A stretch of 64,000 nucleotides of DNA from a virus. Taxonomy: Duplodnaviria; Caudoviricetes. Position 1 is the first letter of the stretch, and each line of letters begins with the position of its first letter. Where the stretch lies: positions 3,668 through 67,667 of the IMG/VR virus record IMGVR_UViG_3300033416_000003. One strand, 5' to 3'. Of the stretch, positions 52,046 through 60,837 are shown piece after piece. The position numbers and the translations under genes are program-made. The notes under the pieces were generated by a model, which worked only from the letters and a program-made list of their open reading frames with translations, was not told where the DNA came from and searched no databases.

Positions 52046-53647
52046 CTACCTGTATGCCCGCGTCGGACACTCGAGTCCGTAACGGGTCGGAATGTGAAGA
52101 ACCTTTTCACTGTATTCATCATCTTCGTACCGAATGTCGTCATCCTCCTCAACTCCCATGTGTACCGGAGTGCGGCGCCAGAACTCAACGTGGTATGCCA
52201 GGGCATCGGCGCGGTTCGGAGACCGACCGCACACCTTCCCATGCTCATCAACTACCAGAGAGCACAGCTCCTCGACTACCTCGGGCTGGTCCTGACGGAA
52301 GTAGAGCTGAGAGTTCGCAACCCAGGGCTGCAGAACCCTGATGCGAACCCCCTTGGCCTTGTTCCCAGTCTTCGCCGGTACGATGGGGAACTTGCCGTTC
52401 AACCCCTTGGCAGTCAAAGCATCAGTCAAGAACCCACCACGAAGACCAATCGCAGACTGCATTGCAGCCGTCTCGCACCTTATGACATTGACGTTCCACT
52501 TCTGAGCCATCTCTATCGTCTTCTCTATCCACTTACTTGGAACCACCCTTCCGGCCCAGGTATCCAGAACGAAAGCTACAGATGAGCCCCTGGCATAACC
52601 AGTTACAACAATAGCGCTCTCATCGCTCTTCTTTGATGCGGTACCAGCTGGATCGAGCGTGAGCTGCCTAAACAGAGTCTGTACTGGATACCAAATCTCG
52701 TCGATTCCACACGCCTTATCATCATGATCAAGCTTGAAGTACTTGATGTCTTCTCGCTTGAAATCGACTAATGTGGAATCGCTCGGCATGTTCAGCATCT
52801 GGTTTGCAAACTTCTGAGCCTGAAAGTGCTCTAATGCCAGTGCTAGGCTCTTGTGAGTTTCGTTCTCGTAAACTGGCTCACCATCATCGGATAGCACATC
52901 GTATCCCATGCTCGACATGAACTCTCTGTAACGGGAGTCAACGTAACACCCAAGAACCACCTTAGAGTAGCTATTGCTGGCAAGTATACGCTCATAGAAT
53001 CCACCAGGAGTATACGTCCCGATGATGAGCTTGAGCGCGTTGCTCCTGCGAACCCAGAGCCCTTCTGACATCTGGAGGTAGTTGAGGGCATTACCCATCA
53101 ACACCTCAGAGCTTTCGGCGTCATCAGCAATCAGGTCATCGAGAATCTGAACGTCGTAGTGACCTCCCATCATCTTGGTCTCAGCCCCAAGCCCGGTAAC
53201 ACTGGGCTCCTCGTATGTCACAGGGCGAGCAATCTCGAACTCTGTCTTGTTCCACCTGGCGCTCTTAGCATCAGGGATCAAGTGACCGTAGAAGTGCTTG
53301 AACTCCGGCGACTCCAGAATGGCCTCCATACGCCCGATCTTTTCCTTGGCAAGACGGGCCGAGGACATGACAACGAGAATCCTGGTACTGGGGCTGCGGA
53401 CCAGGTTCCAGAGCGAGAACCCGATCGTAAACATAGTGGTCTTCAGATGACCGCGTGGTATCATGACTAGGAAGTACTGCGAACCGTTCGCTCGTTCCTT
53501 CTGATACCACTCAAACAGCGGAAGGTGAAGATTGGTTCCAACCCAATCACTCACAAAGTACTTGCAGAACTCGTAGAGAGACTCTGTAGTAGCCCGTACA
53601 ATCGCGTCGTGGTCTATACCACGGGCAGCACAGGCGGCGCACTTCAC
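52046..53647 (-). CDS. terL: terminase large subunit
   Basis: IPRGHLKTT (Walker A), ILDDL (Walker B), LDPAG..SDESAI and DALAY nuclease motifs. Confidence 0.92.
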   Translation of the reverse strand: MKCAACAARGIDHDAIVRATTESLYEFCKYFVSDWVGTNLHLPLFEWYQKERANGSQYFLVMIPRGHLKTTMFTIGFSLWNLVRSPSTRILVVMSSARLAKEKIGRMEAILESPEFKHFYGHLIPDAKSARWNKTEFEIARPVTYEEPSVTGLGAETKMMGGHYDVQILDDLIADDAESSEVLMGNALNYLQMSEGLWVRRSNALKLIIGTYTPGGFYERILASNSYSKVVLGCYVDSRYREFMSSMGYDVLSDDGEPVYENETHKSLALALEHFQAQKFANQMLNMPSDSTLVDFKREDIKYFKLDHDDKACGIDEIWYPVQTLFRQLTLDPAGTASKKSDESAIVVTGYARGSSVAFVLDTWAGRVVPSKWIEKTIEMAQKWNVNVIRCETAAMQSAIGLRGGFLTDALTAKGLNGKFPIVPAKTGNKAKGVRIRVLQPWVANSQLYFRQDQPEVVEELCSLVVDEHGKVCGRSPNRADALAYHVEFWRRTPVHMGVEEDDDIRYEDDEYSEKVLHIPTRYGLECPTRAYR

Positions 53648-53814
53648 TTACGCTTTGTCTTCTTGCTTACGGATGCGTTTCCAGCCCGGATGGCGCGACC
53701 TTCGTCTCCGGTCTTCTTCAATGTGGAATTTACGACGGAGGCCCATTTCCTCTTCTTCTTTGGAGTCGTAGCCTTCTTCGTAAATCTCGTAGCATCTCGT
53801 GACGTCCATGGCAC
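53644..53814 (-). CDS. 56-aa basic phage protein (missing from ORF track)
   Basis: MPWTSRDATRFTKKATTPKKKRKWASVVNSTLKKTGDEGRAIRAGNA, a recurrent small phage family; gggggag RBS; TGA overlaps terL GTG. Confidence 0.75.
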   Translation of the reverse strand: MPWTSRDATRFTKKATTPKKKRKWASVVNSTLKKTGDEGRAIRAGNASVSKKTKRK

Positions 53815-53818
53815 GAAC

Positions 53819-54538
53819 CTACTCCCCCTTCTTCACAAGCCGAAGCCCACTAACTCTATCTGCTACGCCATCAACCCTCTCAACGAAGCTCTCCGGAAGC
53901 GGGTCCATGTTGACCGGATCTACCGCGTTTCGCTTTGCTTCAGAGTAGATGAACTGCACAAACTTCATGATGGTATCACTTGCCTTTAGTCTAGCGGCCA
54001 TGGTAGCCTCTTCCTCAGTAACCTCTTTTATCAGTGGCGTTTTGAACTTCTTCGTGATATTCTTACCTCCACCCTGAACTACCTGAGTGTTGAACAACAC
54101 AGTCGTTTCCACGCTATTGCCGAGAATTTCGTACAGCCTGATCTGAGCCTGCTTGTACTTCCTGCTCGCAGACTCCATGTGCATGTCCTCGGCCTCTCGA
54201 GTCTCAACCGGGTGCGATCCCCGAAGCCTAGCGGATTTCCCTTCTGGCCAGCTAAGCTTAGCGTCGATGTCGTTCGGAAACAGACCGATGAACTCGAGAG
54301 CCACCATCAACTTACAGTCTTCTAGGATCTTCGGATCTACGACGTTGTCTTCTTTCATCGCCCTGAACACCTCGAGTGCGTCTGTCTTTCCGAAGTGCCC
54401 GCCAACTGTACCAAGAATGCGCCTACCGTACTTATTCGTGTGATTCCCGGGAGGTCTGTAGTAGATACGAGTGAACCATATGACGAGCCTGTCAACGTCA
54501 TTGTCAGCATTCTTGGCTCGCTCCAGGTCCTTGTTCAT
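53819..54538 (-). CDS. hypothetical protein, possible terminase small subunit
   Basis: Position upstream of terL and helical ARLKAS motif only. Confidence 0.4.
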   Translation of the reverse strand: MNKDLERAKNADNDVDRLVIWFTRIYYRPPGNHTNKYGRRILGTVGGHFGKTDALEVFRAMKEDNVVDPKILEDCKLMVALEFIGLFPNDIDAKLSWPEGKSARLRGSHPVETREAEDMHMESASRKYKQAQIRLYEILGNSVETTVLFNTQVVQGGGKNITKKFKTPLIKEVTEEEATMAARLKASDTIMKFVQFIYSEAKRNAVDPVNMDPLPESFVERVDGVADRVSGLRLVKKGE

Positions 54539-54541
54539 TCA

Positions 54542-54709
54542 TCATTCGCCACTCGCAAGCGTGTCAACCTCTCCGGCAAGAATGTCCCCCTCACCGGCAA
54601 GCACATCCGCATATCCACCCAAGTCCGGTCCCGGTCCGTCCCATGCGGACGACTCCCAACCTTCTCCGATCCACGACTCGTCGATCCAGGAGTTTCTGAG
54701 CCAACCCAT
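54542..54709 (-). CDS. 55-aa acidic Trp/Gly-rich protein (missing from ORF track)
   Basis: MGWLRNSWIDESWIGEGWESSAWDG...; fills the gap and abuts both neighbours. Confidence 0.5.
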   Translation of the reverse strand: MGWLRNSWIDESWIGEGWESSAWDGPGPDLGGYADVLAGEGDILAGEVDTLASGE

Positions 54710-54712
54710 GTG

Positions 54713-55123
54713 TTACCCCACTACGTTGGTGCAAAATAGACCAGAGAACGTGGTGATGGCTCCGACATTGGCCTCAGTGACTACCAGTCGGGCAGCCACA
54801 AATGGGTATAACATCTCGGCTGGGGTATCAATGTGTTGAAGCGCGTCCTGCGTAGTTAGTCCGCTACCCAGGGTAATACGCCTGTAGTTAGTATACGTAG
54901 TACTATTTGGATCGTGTACCGTGTTAACGTACGTATCAGGATCGAATGGAGTTACATCACAGTCGATGGTAATGCTCGGTGACGCATCCGATGTCATCTT
55001 CCACAGGATGTTGAACGATTCCCCAACCTTCATCTTGACCCACGCACCGGTCTTTGTTTCGTCCTGCTCAATTGCCTCTTCATTGATTAGAAACACTGGA
55101 GAAGCATGAAATCGCATCGTCAC
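54713..55123 (-). CDS. hypothetical beta-rich protein, first gene of the late region
   Basis: gggggtga RBS; YPFVAARLVVT. Confidence 0.65.
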   Translation of the reverse strand: MTMRFHASPVFLINEEAIEQDETKTGAWVKMKVGESFNILWKMTSDASPSITIDCDVTPFDPDTYVNTVHDPNSTTYTNYRRITLGSGLTTQDALQHIDTPAEMLYPFVAARLVVTEANVGAITTFSGLFCTNVVG

Positions 55124-55194
55124 CCCCTAAAATGCTAAAGCCCCCAACGAGGGGGCGGGTCGCAGCGAAGACAGCTCCGCTAACGCTCTACTAC

Positions 55195-55224
55195 AATATA
55201 ACTCTATGGTTATGTGTTTGTCAA
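55195..55224 (-). promoter_or_regulatory. sigma70-like promoter upstream of packaging/structural operon
   Basis: TTGACA (55224-55219), 18 bp spacer, TATATT (55200-55195). Confidence 0.55.
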
Positions 55225-55467
55225 GCCCTCATCGGTAGATTTCTGACACTCGTGTTGCAAAAATACCGGACCACGCTTCCACTTCGACCTCTCTACCAAT
55301 CCCTCCACGGTATGATCTATTGGGTTGGACACGGCCGGGTACGCAGCCACACCTGGGTACGGACCGTCAGAATCTACTAGCACAGTCATTGGAGGAGTGT
55401 CATCTGTTTGTACTGCAACTATCTTTGATTTACACCTAGGGCAGCTTAGTGTACCGATTAGCTTCAT
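55210..55467 (-). CDS. zinc-ribbon hypothetical protein
   Basis: CPRC...HEC. Confidence 0.6.
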   Translation of the reverse strand: MKLIGTLSCPRCKSKIVAVQTDDTPPMTVLVDSDGPYPGVAAYPAVSNPIDHTVEGLVERSKWKRGPVFLQHECQKSTDEGLTNT

Positions 55468-55667
55468 TCTGTTTCCTTCTTACCTTTCCGTTCCTCAGAG
55501 ATTTTAGTGGCAAAGATACAAACCGCAGAGATCCAAATCGGAGCAAGTACCCACCACCACGACCAAGTAATCTCTCCGGTTAGCTTTAGTGCTATGAACA
55601 AAAGAGTAAGAAGATCAACAAAGTCTAGATCCGTCTTGTATTTAGTTCTACCAGTTGACTCACTCAT
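55464..55667 (-). CDS. small phage membrane protein (FIxLKLxGxIxWSWWWV family)
   Basis: LFIALKLTGEITWSWWWVLAPIW motif. Confidence 0.8.
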   Translation of the reverse strand: MSESTGRTKYKTDLDFVDLLTLLFIALKLTGEITWSWWWVLAPIWISAVCIFATKISEERKGKKETE

Positions 55668-55939
55668 CCTTCCACCCCAAATTGGTTCTTTTCCTGTTCC
55701 TCTACAAACTTACCAATAGTATCATCGTTAAACCTTACAACGAATAGAGATCCACACTTTCTACACACCTCAATCTGGGAGTGAGCTACTTCATTTTTCA
55801 TTGAGTAATGATTAACGCACAAAAACATTGTATCTTCTGTTGTTACTACGCTCTCATGAGAATCGCAACACACCGGAGGAGCGTACCACCTCCCAAGCTT
55901 TGGCCACCCACTACTTACTGTAAGCTCTACATCACTCAT
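55664..55939 (-). CDS. Cys-containing hypothetical protein
   Basis: VCRKCG; coupled overlaps. Confidence 0.6.
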   Translation of the reverse strand: MSDVELTVSSGWPKLGRWYAPPVCCDSHESVVTTEDTMFLCVNHYSMKNEVAHSQIEVCRKCGSLFVVRFNDDTIGKFVEEQEKNQFGVEG

Positions 55940-56159
55940 CCTTCCACCCCATATCTTTCTGCATCCCGGCTATCTTAGAATCATACTCACATACCCAGCT
56001 GGAGTTCCCCGGAACCACCACCGCGAGTCCAGACCCCAGCAGGAAGCTACCGTACCCGTACTCCACGTCGATTAGCCACCCGCCAAGGCTCTCTGAGTAC
56101 GCTCCGCGCGGCTCGATTTTACCGTCTATGACCACCTCCGTTGGTATGAGTAGCTTCAT
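55932..56159 (-). CDS. hypothetical protein
   Basis: Coupled overlaps. Confidence 0.6.
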   Translation of the reverse strand: MKLLIPTEVVIDGKIEPRGAYSESLGGWLIDVEYGYGSFLLGSGLAVVVPGNSSWVCEYDSKIAGMQKDMGWKDE

Positions 56160-56689
56160 TTTCCTCCCCAGAACCGAGCATGCACCATCCGCGACTTCTC
56201 TACGAACTTCTTAGCCTCTTCGTGCGTGTACCCGTTCTCCATCAGGATCGTCATGGTGCAGAACGACGCGACCCTAGCGGTGTCATCCTCACCGTCAAGA
56301 GCCTCGACCAGAGATTTTTCGTCCGATGTGCGCTCGATCGCGGCACCGACGTCAGCCAGAAAATCCCTGATCGCAGCCTCACTCCTGATCGACCCTGACT
56401 CCCTCGCCTCCTGGTACATCTCGATCAGGTACCGCACACGCCGGGTCAGCTCGGACATGTCCAGGTCTCGCCCCGAGAATCGCTTGATCCTGCGCTGCGT
56501 CATGCCCTTGGGACGAACTGTGGTCCACGGCTCCTGGGAGTACCCAGCGTAGCGCACGTCACACGGAGCGGAGCCTGACGGGCACAGCTGAGCGGCCTTC
56601 TTACGAGCCTCTGAGAGGCACGACGAGACGACGTAGCAGTGGCCTCGCGGGCACCCTGGGCAGCGGCAGAGCCAGATGGGACCGGTCAC
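56156..56689 (-). CDS. hypothetical protein
   Basis: GTG start overlaps the upstream TGA. Confidence 0.55.
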   Translation of the reverse strand: MTGPIWLCRCPGCPRGHCYVVSSCLSEARKKAAQLCPSGSAPCDVRYAGYSQEPWTTVRPKGMTQRRIKRFSGRDLDMSELTRRVRYLIEMYQEARESGSIRSEAAIRDFLADVGAAIERTSDEKSLVEALDGEDDTARVASFCTMTILMENGYTHEEAKKFVEKSRMVHARFWGGK

Positions 56690-57147
56690 TCTGGGTTCTC
56701 CAGTGTTCCGTAGCGGCCGGTACAAACGAACTCGGTGGAGATACTCTCAAAGACATCTCGGTATATCAGCTCAAACGGTTTTCGTAGAAAAACCGGAGGC
56801 TTCAGAGAATCGATGAGCTTGTTGGCTGCAGCAGATAGTCCAGTTGCTGTTCTTTCCGCCAGGATGTCGCTCCCATCCCAAACTGCGCTACATTTGAATG
56901 TAAGAAGCCTATGAAGTTCGTAATGAATAAACCATTTCCATTCATTATCCATTTCTTCTGATAAGTAATACTCAGGCCAAGCGAATCTAGGACTTATACC
57001 GTAAGTTACAACGTCTATTTTTGGATGATCCGTTGATAGAAACTCTGAATGTCTTTCCCCTGTAATGTCAATGTATGGACGAAACTTCAGGCTCAACGAG
57101 AGCCTGGTGTTGACGTAGTCGCAGAACTCCTGAGGGCCAGTAATCAT
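56686..57147 (-). CDS. hypothetical protein (AT-rich)
   Basis: Operon packing. Confidence 0.6.
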   Translation of the reverse strand: MITGPQEFCDYVNTRLSLSLKFRPYIDITGERHSEFLSTDHPKIDVVTYGISPRFAWPEYYLSEEMDNEWKWFIHYELHRLLTFKCSAVWDGSDILAERTATGLSAAANKLIDSLKPPVFLRKPFELIYRDVFESISTEFVCTGRYGTLENPE

Positions 57148-57148
57148 G

Positions 57149-57565
57149 CTACTTCTCCTTCATCCCCTCTATCAGCCTAGACATGTACCTAACTGTCTCC
57201 AGGAGCCAAGGAACATCAGACCTGGCATGAGCGATGAACTCGGCATCGTTCTCTCGAGGAGGGTAGTATCCACCGTCTGTTTCAACTATTACTCCCTGGT
57301 CTTTTTCATAACAATGGTCTTCATTAAGTCCTTCTTCAGTAGATATTTTGTATACTCTTCGTTTACCGTACTCTTCCCGATAACTAACAATCCACGGACC
57401 GGAAGTTGTCTTGTCTAATCTTTCCTGAATCTCCGCAACCCTGATGTCTTCAATTTCCTTCTTCAGCAGCTCTATCTGCTCCCTGAGCCTAGCTCGACTC
57501 TCGCACCCGCACCTCTCACTGTACTTCTCGCACTCCTCATCGTGGTCAATCCCATCATACATCAT
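57149..57565 (-). CDS. Ead/Ea22-like protein
   Basis: LDKTTSGPW...NDAEFIAHARSDVPWLL. Confidence 0.7.
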   Translation of the reverse strand: MMYDGIDHDEECEKYSERCGCESRARLREQIELLKKEIEDIRVAEIQERLDKTTSGPWIVSYREEYGKRRVYKISTEEGLNEDHCYEKDQGVIVETDGGYYPPRENDAEFIAHARSDVPWLLETVRYMSRLIEGMKEK

Positions 57566-57942
57566 TGCACTCTCCCCGTTATGTCATGCACGAACGAGTC
57601 GACCCACCAGGCAAGCGGGAGCCACAGCAAGAGCCGATGCTCGAACCCGCGGCGGTAGCTCCAGCCCCTGGCAAGCTGGAATCTCTCATAGAACTTACCA
57701 GACACCACGGCTGTCTCCTCCTCCGTCAGCGGCCCGAGGAGCACCGGACCGTGGCCGCGACGCAGCAGCTCCACCGCGCAGAGCACAACCACGGACCAGC
57801 CGGGTCGTGACGGCATGTCCAGGATGCCTGGTCCGGTGTCATCGGACGTGCCGGTGAGCACGTACTGCCTGCGTCCAAGGCGCATGGAAGCCAACACCTC
57901 GTCGCTGGCGTCTGCCCAGATGATGCTGTCGTCAGGGATCAT
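57562..57942 (-). CDS. hypothetical protein
   Basis: ATGA overlaps. Confidence 0.55.
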   Translation of the reverse strand: MIPDDSIIWADASDEVLASMRLGRRQYVLTGTSDDTGPGILDMPSRPGWSVVVLCAVELLRRGHGPVLLGPLTEEETAVVSGKFYERFQLARGWSYRRGFEHRLLLWLPLAWWVDSFVHDITGRVQ

Positions 57943-58286
57943 CCGCTTCCTACCGGAATCGTAGCAAACGCAGCATTAGCACACACACACTCTAAATCTC
58001 CACCTGGGGGATCTACCAAGTACCGAACCCCCATGGCCCATTGATCCCTGGTTGTTGGTGTGCAGTGGTCAGGATCGTACGTGTCATCCCAATCCCTATC
58101 CCACCAATCATACTCACCAATGTTTTGATCGGCCCGATAAACGATGACGTTTGGTCCTGGTTCTGGCAGATGATTCCAGCAAAATACCTCAATCTCATCG
58201 CGCTCCATGCAGAAGTCTGCGATGTGTACCGGCATCAAGATGGAACAACCGGGGTAAGAACACTCGGCATCGTAGCAGTCACACAC
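57939..58286 (-). CDS. Cys-rich hypothetical protein
   Basis: MCDCY..C...C...PVHIADFC. Confidence 0.6.
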   Translation of the reverse strand: MCDCYDAECSYPGCSILMPVHIADFCMERDEIEVFCWNHLPEPGPNVIVYRADQNIGEYDWWDRDWDDTYDPDHCTPTTRDQWAMGVRYLVDPPGGDLECVCANAAFATIPVGSG

Positions 58287-58297
58287 GCGTTAACTCC

Positions 58298-58600
58298 TTA
58301 CTCGTGTGGTACATTATTCATCATCCAGTACATTCCTGAAACGTAAGCAGGATTGTTTTTAACCATTATGTAGTTATTATACGTGGATTGACATTGAGTA
58401 TCATCATGTCTCCACTTAATATAACTAGTAACTAACTCATCGTACGTATCCCGATCCATCCAGCTGATCGAGACCTCGCCAGGCCACAAGAGTCGCAGCA
58501 CCCTAAACCACAGGATGATGAGCCAGTACCTAATCCTGCCTGGAGTGATGGCCTTGAGATGAACCACATCAGAGGGGACCAGCTGGCAGTAGAAGCTCAT
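58298..58600 (-). CDS. hypothetical protein
   Basis: Operon packing. Confidence 0.55.
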   Translation of the reverse strand: MSFYCQLVPSDVVHLKAITPGRIRYWLIILWFRVLRLLWPGEVSISWMDRDTYDELVTSYIKWRHDDTQCQSTYNNYIMVKNNPAYVSGMYWMMNNVPHE

Positions 58601-58887
58601 AATTCCAACTCCCCAAACCAGTACTCTTCCATTTTCGCCAAGAACTCCGGGGATAGCGACACCCCGGAATCATCTCCTATCACAGCGTCTATGCCGCACC
58701 TGGGGCATACCGCGGTCTGACCTGCGTCCACCCACTCCTTGATCTTCGCCGGCTTGAACAGCGAGCCACAGTAAAAACATCCGCACAACTCGCTGGCAAG
58801 AACCTCGGTCAGGTTCAGGCGGGAATGGACGTGGGCCTCCTGGAGGGTATGTGCTTCTTGAGGGGTCATGTTACTCATCCTCCTCAC
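58597..58887 (-). CDS. conserved zinc-binding small protein
   Basis: CGCFYC...EWVD..QTAVCPRCGIDAVIG...LAKMEEYWF. Confidence 0.75.
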   Translation of the reverse strand: MRRMSNMTPQEAHTLQEAHVHSRLNLTEVLASELCGCFYCGSLFKPAKIKEWVDAGQTAVCPRCGIDAVIGDDSGVSLSPEFLAKMEEYWFGELEL

Positions 58888-59089
58888 ATCGCATCATCCT
58901 GCGTATCTCAGATGTTCGACGCGAACAATCCTCTCTAAAGATACAACCAATAGATGACTTAGCCATCATCCGAATGAGACTCAAGCACCAGTCTTCATCA
59001 CTTGGGCACCCCCAACTCTCTACGACTCTCTTAGCGCGCTGAAACGCCCTCCTGCGCTGCTGCCTACGGTACGCTCTGGTACGGGTCAA
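58871..59089 (-). CDS. basic hypothetical protein
   Basis: MTRTRAYRRQQRRRA. Confidence 0.55.
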   Translation of the reverse strand: MTRTRAYRRQQRRRAFQRAKRVVESWGCPSDEDWCLSLIRMMAKSSIGCIFREDCSRRTSEIRRMMRCEEDE

Positions 59090-59589
59090 GACCGGTCCTT
59101 CAGCGCTTTCCAGATCACACCAGCCGCTTCAGTGTAAAACGGAATCTTCGCTAGCTGGATCTCGGCATCGGCTCTAAGCAGGATGGGGGCAAGTAATGGA
59201 TTGTACTTCGCGTCTACTGATCCGAACTCTCGATCACACTCGCTATCTGGGATGGAACAAACATCGCCATTTTTTCTAGTGTAAAATCTTTCCCACACTA
59301 CATTGTACTCCTCTTGTCGCTGGTTGTAGATTGGACCTAAATCCACTTCATACCGTTCCCAAATCGAATTAATTGCCGCAGCAAGTCTGCCATTTATCTC
59401 TGACACCTCAGGCCATAAATCATTGTAAGACGCAAACCAAAGCAGGTCAAGACCCGCCTCCGCAGCCCTGAGAAGCGATGACTTGGTTACCCGTACGCTC
59501 TTCCCAAACGTTGCCCGGAACAGCTCAATCTGCGGCTCACACGCGTCGTTGGCGGTCAACCACTTAACACTTACGGTGCGCTTAGTCAT
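59086..59589 (-). CDS. hypothetical phage protein
   Basis: WLTANDACEPQIELFRATFG..., ggagg RBS. Confidence 0.65.
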   Translation of the reverse strand: MTKRTVSVKWLTANDACEPQIELFRATFGKSVRVTKSSLLRAAEAGLDLLWFASYNDLWPEVSEINGRLAAAINSIWERYEVDLGPIYNQRQEEYNVVWERFYTRKNGDVCSIPDSECDREFGSVDAKYNPLLAPILLRADAEIQLAKIPFYTEAAGVIWKALKDRS

Positions 59590-59617
59590 GGGTCCTCCAT
59601 GGGGGATGAATCAAGGT

Positions 59618-59704
59618 AGGCTGGGTGGGGACTCGAACCCCATCGGCACGGATCTTCCGTAGCGTGAGTTGCGACCCCACTACACCGAGCCCCATGCCCC
59701 AGCC
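59618..59704 (-). tRNA. atypical 87-nt tRNA-like RNA (long variable arm, CGC in the anticodon loop, no encoded CCA)
   Basis: Perfect acceptor stem GGCTGGG/CCCAGCC; T arm TGGGG-TTCGAGT-CCCCA; anticodon arm GTGGG-GTCGCAA-CTCAC; variable arm ACGGA-AGA-TCCGT. D arm weak and no U8. Own promoter just upstream. Confidence 0.6.
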
Positions 59705-59729
59705 GCTTGAGATCATGCCCACACCTACT

Positions 59730-59758
59730 AGGATAGGGCTTGGAGATGAGGGTGTCAA
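59730..59758 (-). promoter_or_regulatory. sigma70-like early promoter (copy 3)
   Basis: TTGACA, 17 bp spacer, TATCCT; 30 bp identical to copy 2 (59712-59741 = 60619-60648). Confidence 0.8.
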
Positions 59759-59796
59759 GGGGGAGGAGGCGGAAGTTGGTGCTCAACATATGGTAA

Positions 59797-60597
59797 CTAA
59801 CTTAATGCCAAGCGCAACTTTCTATAAAACTCCTCGGGATCGATTGAAGACAATCCTGACATCGATCCGTCATTAAGCTCAATAACAATCCACTTACCTT
59901 TCTCAGTCTTTGCAATGTCAACAACAAAGAATGGCGTCTTACCTAACCCATTCAACCGCTGTGCAACTTTCTTGGCAAGTCTATTGGCGCGATCCGGAGG
60001 ATCACTGTAAGCTGGTTTGTGCTCTGGATGATCCGACCAATAATAACCACCACAAAGAACCTGTCCTCTATAACAGAAAAAACGCCACTCGTTCGTGATG
60101 GGCAATCCGTTAATCCCAACTCCGAATTGCTCAAGAGGTACATATTCCCGTACAACAATCCCTTGATCCTTAATCAAACAGTCATCCAGTAAACTGCTGG
60201 CCACACCTGGTATATCCCCGACGGTAGGACAAAACATCCGCCGATTCCATTCATGTTTACGAGAATTAGTCACTCCCTTTACTACATAAGACCCATCCGT
60301 AAGATTTGCCCAATTATTCCAAGTGCGGGGAGTTAAGTCTTTAATTACTGGGTACCACTGCCAAATATCAGCTACAAAACGGTGCTGCGCACATGAATTA
60401 ATCAGGCAACCCCCCAGATACCGAGTAACGTCTCTTTCTAGTTCTTCTGGAAAAGGCAACATAGAATAACGAGGAATGACAAGATGTTGTACCGGTATTG
60501 CCATTCTATCGGATTCAACTACAAAATAATGCCGTGCTGCATTAAGCTCTTCTTGCTGAGTCCAATCACCGTAACGGAAATAAACCGCAACATTCAT
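59797..60597 (-). CDS. ATP-grasp domain protein (R2K / DUF4343-like)
   Basis: YVVKGVTNSRK, VVREYVPL, EWRFFCYRGQVL, FVVDIAKTEKGKWIVIELNDGSMSGL. Confidence 0.82.
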   Translation of the reverse strand: MNVAVYFRYGDWTQQEELNAARHYFVVESDRMAIPVQHLVIPRYSMLPFPEELERDVTRYLGGCLINSCAQHRFVADIWQWYPVIKDLTPRTWNNWANLTDGSYVVKGVTNSRKHEWNRRMFCPTVGDIPGVASSLLDDCLIKDQGIVVREYVPLEQFGVGINGLPITNEWRFFCYRGQVLCGGYYWSDHPEHKPAYSDPPDRANRLAKKVAQRLNGLGKTPFFVVDIAKTEKGKWIVIELNDGSMSGLSSIDPEEFYRKLRLALS

Positions 60598-60636
60598 ACT
60601 ATGCTCCTGGTCGTTGGAATCATGCCCACACCTACT

Positions 60637-60665
60637 AGGATAGGGCTTGAAGATGGGTGTGTCAA
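60637..60665 (-). promoter_or_regulatory. sigma70-like early promoter (copy 2)
   Basis: TTGACA (60665-60660), 17 bp spacer, TATCCT (60642-60637). Confidence 0.8.
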
Positions 60666-60696
60666 GGGGGGTGGAGAGTGTAATTTGAGGCGTAAG

Positions 60697-60748
60697 AAAA
60701 AAGTAAGGCCCGCTCCCTATTGGTTAGTGGCCTGATGGGAGCGGGCCT
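60697..60748 (-). terminator. intrinsic terminator
   Basis: 12-bp stem aggcccgctccc/gggagcgggcct followed by ACTTTTTT on the minus strand. Confidence 0.75.
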
Positions 60749-60802
60749 GTCCGGCCCCTTGATCTACCACGTGGAGCAGGACCCCCGGGTCGCTCTTGCA
60801 CA
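60697..60802 (-). ncRNA. candidate ~105-nt small RNA
   Basis: Bounded by a consensus promoter and an intrinsic terminator; no RBS-led ORF inside. Confidence 0.45.
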
Positions 60803-60808
60803 CACAAT

Positions 60809-60837
60809 AGGATAATGCTTGAAGGTGGAGGTGTCAA
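60809..60837 (-). promoter_or_regulatory. sigma70-like early promoter (copy 1)
   Basis: TTGACA (60837-60832), 17 bp spacer, TATCCT (60814-60809); shares cttcaagc with copy 2. Confidence 0.8.

Noticed and set aside
59586-59789. 67-aa minus-strand ORF
   Set aside because: It overlaps a promoter and the tRNA-like structure and has no RBS or protein-like features.
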